DNA of 64,000 nt from Anthoceros angustus (taxonomy: Eukaryota > Plantae > Anthocerotophyta): assembly GCA_010909165.1 (NCBI GenBank), contig MU008163.1, positions 620,001-684,000 of the forward strand, in the 5' to 3' direction. A program made the translations under genes and the position numbers. Shown here piece by piece: positions 60,301 through 64,000 of the stretch. The notes under the pieces are model-generated. The model searched no databases and was not told where the DNA came from. It saw nothing but the letters and a program-made list of their open reading frames with translations. Each line of letters opens with the position of its first letter. Position 1 is the first letter of the stretch.

Positions 60301-60900
60301 TCATGGAGACAGAAGGCGGAGGAGCATTTTGCCCAATTAGAGCAAGAGCGAAAGGGCAAAACAGAGGCTCTCGGAAGGGAGAAGGTAGCGGTCCAAAGAA
60401 ATGGACGCCAAGAAGAAGTGATGGCTCAAAGAAGAAAGAGCCATCCGAGCAACCACCCAACGAGACTCATGGAGGCAGGCGGAGCATTTTGCCCAATTAG
60501 AGCAAGAGCGAAGGGCAAAACAGAGGCTCTCGGAAGGAGAAGGTAGCGGTCCAAAGAAATGGACGCCAAGAAGAAGTGATGGCTACAAGCCATCCGGTCC
60601 GGACATGAAGGAAGAGTTGAGAAGAGCCCGGTTTAGTTTGGAAGAGAAGCGCCCGAGCTGAAATTCAAAACCAAGAACTACAAGAGTGAGCGCGAGAAGA
60701 TGCTTGGCAAGGAGAGGAAGGGCTTGCTCAACGAATAGAGGACTTGGAAGGAAAAGGTCCAGAGGAGGAGTACCACAAGAAGTGGTACATAGAATCTTGG
60801 TAGTAAGGAAGCGAAGGTTTTGGGCGATTATGCCCTTCGTGCAAAATTGGCCACCAAGGAAGCAAGGGAGGAGAATGTGACCTCCATGTCAAGGTGGGGA
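54350..60900 (+). mobile_element. TE-derived mosaic repeat region (~1.37-kb unit x2 plus partial copies and shuffled sub-modules, coiled-coil ORF remnants)
   Basis: ggagaacatccaactaggatgggtgtatgg occurs at ~55360, ~56671 and ~58825. gctcttgaatcgggaaaagagacacattgaagg occurs at ~54853 and ~56222. A ~250-bp module ggtcgacctccacaaaatgctaga occurs at ~57330, 57590 and 57841. ORF remnants are KWRLFAKIVLGLVNYQRTLISKTNFLQFCGRFPWEP (55429-56229) and a coiled coil (60073-60546). No RT or transposase motif seen; TE origin is inferred. Confidence 0.6.
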
Positions 60901-63900
60901 ATTGACCACCTCAAGGGACGCCTACAAAGGTAGGTGTGAAGATGGAGAGTGGCCCACGGAGATTGATGATCTCCAAATGCAATATCATAGCTTGGGGCTC
61001 ACCTCCACAATAGAATTTTGAAGGCCAACAATGAGATCTTGCGTTTGGCCAAGAGGAGGACATTGGGTCCTCATGATGATGACAGAAAGGAGCACAGTGC
61101 AGCCGAGGCCTCCGATTTTGATGAGGCCATCGGTGAAATGGACTCGAGGAACTGAGGAGTCGAGGAAGGAGCAAAGAGGAGGAGGAGTACCACAAGAAGG
61201 TGAAGGTGGCGCAGAGCAAGGAGGGGAAAGCCCACCCTCCGGGGGTCAACCTACCACGGTGGGTGACCACCTCAAGGGACGCCTACAAAGGTAGAAGGTG
61301 GCGCAGAGCAAGGGAGGAGCCGGGGTCCGTAGTATACCCCGGAGGAGCTGGGGAAGGAGCCGGGGTCCGGTAGTATACCCCGGAGGAGCTGGGTGGTGGG
61401 AGACAACCCCACCGGAGGAGACTAAGGACGGGTCCGACCCGTCGAGGAAGGGGAGGGTGAGAAGTTCCTCGCCCCACGGAGATTGATGATCTCCAAATGC
61501 AATATCATAGCTTGGGGCCCACCTCCACAATAGAATTTTGAAGGCCAACAATGAGATCTTGCGTTTGGCCAAGAGGAGGACATTGGGTCCTCATGATGAT
61601 GACAGAAAGGAGGCTGCAGTGCGGGAGGCCTCCGATTTTGATGAGGCCATCGGTGAAATGGACTCGAGGAACTGAGGAGTCGAGGAAGGGAAGGAAGGAG
61701 CGAGCGCCAAAGGTAGAAGGTGGCGCAGAGCAAGGAGGGGAAAGCCCACCCTCCGGGGGTCAACCTACCACGGTGGGTGACCACCTACCACGGTGGGTGA
61801 CCACCACCATGGTAGGTAGGCACTACCGGTAGGGCAGTGCCCGTGGGAGGGAGTCGGGGAGGCCTGGCCGAGGATGAAGGAGCCGGGGTCCGGTAGTATA
61901 CCCCGGAGGAGCTGGGGTGGTGGGAGACAACCCCGGAGGAGACTAAGGACGGGTCCACCCACGAGGAAGGGGAGGGTGAGAAGTTCCCTCGCCCCACGGA
62001 TAAGGGAGGAGCCAGGGCGGAGAGGAGACCAACGCAAGAAGGCCCGAGGAGTTAGTAGCAACATTGGTGGGATGGGGAAGATTCTTTGAAGACATGCTAT
62101 GATAGGTATGGACAAACCAAACAAAGAAGGAAGGAGCCGGGGTCCGAGGAACTGAGGAGTCGGGACGAAGGAGTGGCGCCAAAGGTAGAAGGTGGCGCAG
62201 AGCAAGGAGGGGAAAGCCCACCCTCCGGGGGTCAACCTACCACGGTGGGTGACCACCACCATGGTAGTCACCGCACTACCGGTAGTCCGCCGACTACCGC
62301 GGTAGGTGTGAAGATGGAGAGGAAGGGAAGGAGCCGGGGTCCGAGGAACTGAGGAGTCGAGGAAGGAGCCGGGGTCCGGTAGTATACCCCGGAGGAGCTG
62401 GGGTGGTGGGAGAGACAACCCCACCGGAGGAGACTAAGGACGGGTCCACCGAGGAAGGGGAGGGTGAGAAGTTCCCTCGCGGATAAGGGAGGAGGAGGAG
62501 GAGGAGACCAACGCAAGAAGGCCCGGAGTTAGTAGCAACATTGGTGAATGGGGAAGATTCTTTGAAGACATGCTCTGATAGGTATGGACAAACCAAACAA
62601 AGAAGGAAGGAGCAAAGAGGAACTCACCCGAGACATCACCGATGGAGAGGAAGGAGAAGGAGCGCCGTGAGCGCCAAAGGTAGAAGGTGGCGCAGAGCAA
62701 GGAGGGGAAAGCCCACCTCCGGGGGTCAACCTACCACGGTGGGTGACCACCACCAGTCCGCTGACACGTAGTCCGCTGACTACCGGTAGGGCAGTGCCCG
62801 TGGGCGGAGGAAGGTGGGGAGTCGCCGAGGCCTGGCCGAGGATGAAGGAGCCGGGGTCCGTAGTATACCCCGGAGGAGCTGGGGTGGTGGGAGAGACAAC
62901 CCCACCGAGGAGACTAAGGACGGGTCCCACCGAGGAAGGGGAGGGTGAGAAGTTCCTCACCCCACGATAAGGGAGGAGCCGGGCCCGAGAGGAGACCAAC
63001 GCAAGAAGGCCCGGAGTTAGTAGCAACATTGGTGAATGGGGAAGATTCTTTGAAGACATGCTCTGATAGGTATGGACAAACCAAACAAAGAAGGAAGGAG
63101 CGAGGAACTGAGGAGTCGGGAGGCGAGCGCCAAAGGTAGAAGGTGGCGCAGAGCAAGGAGGGGGAAAGCCCACCTCCTGGGGGGTCAACCTACCACGGTG
63201 GGTGACCAGCCTACCACGGTAGTCCGCTGACTACCGGTAGTCCGCCGACTACCGCGGTAGGTGTGAAGATGGAGAAAAAGGCGCCTAGGTGCGCGGGAGG
63301 CCTGGCCGAGGATGAAGGAGCCGGGGGGTTCCGTAGTATACCCCGGAGGAGCTGGGGTGGTGGGAGAGACAACCCCACCGGAGGAGACTAAGGACGGGTC
63401 CGACCTGGCCGAGGAAGGGGAGGGTGAGAAGATCCCACGAGGAAGGGAGGAGCCAGGGAGAGGAGACCAACGCAAGAAGGCCCGGAGTTAGTAGCAACAT
63501 TGGTCGAATGGGGAAGATTCTTTGAAGACATGCTATGATAGGTATGGACAAACCAAACAAAGAAGGAAGGAGCAAAGAGGAACTCACCCGAGACATCACC
63601 GATGGAGAGGAAGGAGAAGGAGGAGGACATTGGGTCCTCATGATGATGACAGGGAGTCAGTGCAGCCAGAGGCCTCCGATTTTGATGAGGCCATCAAATG
63701 GACTCGAGGAACTGAGGAGTCGAGAAGGAGGAAGTCGCCGTGAGCGCCAAAGGTAGAAGGTGGCGCAGAGCAAGGAGGGGGAAAGCCCACCTCCGGGGGT
63801 CAACCTACCACGGTGGGTGACCACCACCAGTCCGCTGACACGTAGTCCGCTGACTACCGGTAGGGCAGTGCCCGTGGGCGGAGGAAGGGGAGGGTGAGAA

Positions 63901-64000
63901 GGAGGAAGTCGCCGAGGCTGGCCGAGGATGAAGGAGCCGGGGTCCGTAGTATACCCCGGAGGAGCTGGGGTGGTGGGAGAGACAACCCCACCGAGGAGAC
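60900..64000. repeat. Modular satellite, dominant period ~480 bp, running off the window end
   Basis: ggagaccaacgcaagaaggccc occurs at 62024, 62503, 62991 and 63462 (spacings 479, 488, 471). The modules ggtagaaggtggcgcagagcaagg..gtcaacctaccacggtgggtgacc and ggagccggggtcc(g)gtagtataccccggaggagctgggg each recur six or more times in varying order. Confidence 0.92.

Overview
Eukaryotic nuclear DNA from a land plant. It has short GT-AG introns, PLS-type PPR, CRWN/NMCP, CRLK1-type kinase, CYP85-clan P450 and neprosin genes, plus TTTAGGG repeats. A ciliary-type TSNAXIP1-like gene and the compact introns point to a non-seed plant with flagellated sperm, such as a lycophyte or hornwort (inference). 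Layout: a decayed DDE-like transposase region (1-5.6 kb); an AT-rich TSNAXIP1-like gene (-); CRLK1 (+); an intronless 821-codon orphan/TE-like ORF followed by local duplications; a 3'-truncated Ty1/copia element with an extra ORF between PBS and gag; a tight PPR-MOSC-CRWN gene run; AT-rich neprosin genes with an internal duplication; an intact P450; a ~735-bp tandem array running into an arginine decarboxylase pseudogene that contains a long imperfect hairpin; a second P450 pseudogene split inside an exon by a 547-bp antisense fragment of a quinone oxidoreductase gene; and ~10 kb of TE-derived mosaic/satellite repeats. I found no rRNA, tRNA or CRISPR array. No wholly new system is demonstrable from the sequence alone. 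The best leads are the templated antisense gene-fragment insertion, the ADC array plus hairpin, the copia leader ORF and the unusual transposase with flanking ORF relics. All coordinates and alignments were read by eye; family names come from recalled motifs, not database searches.
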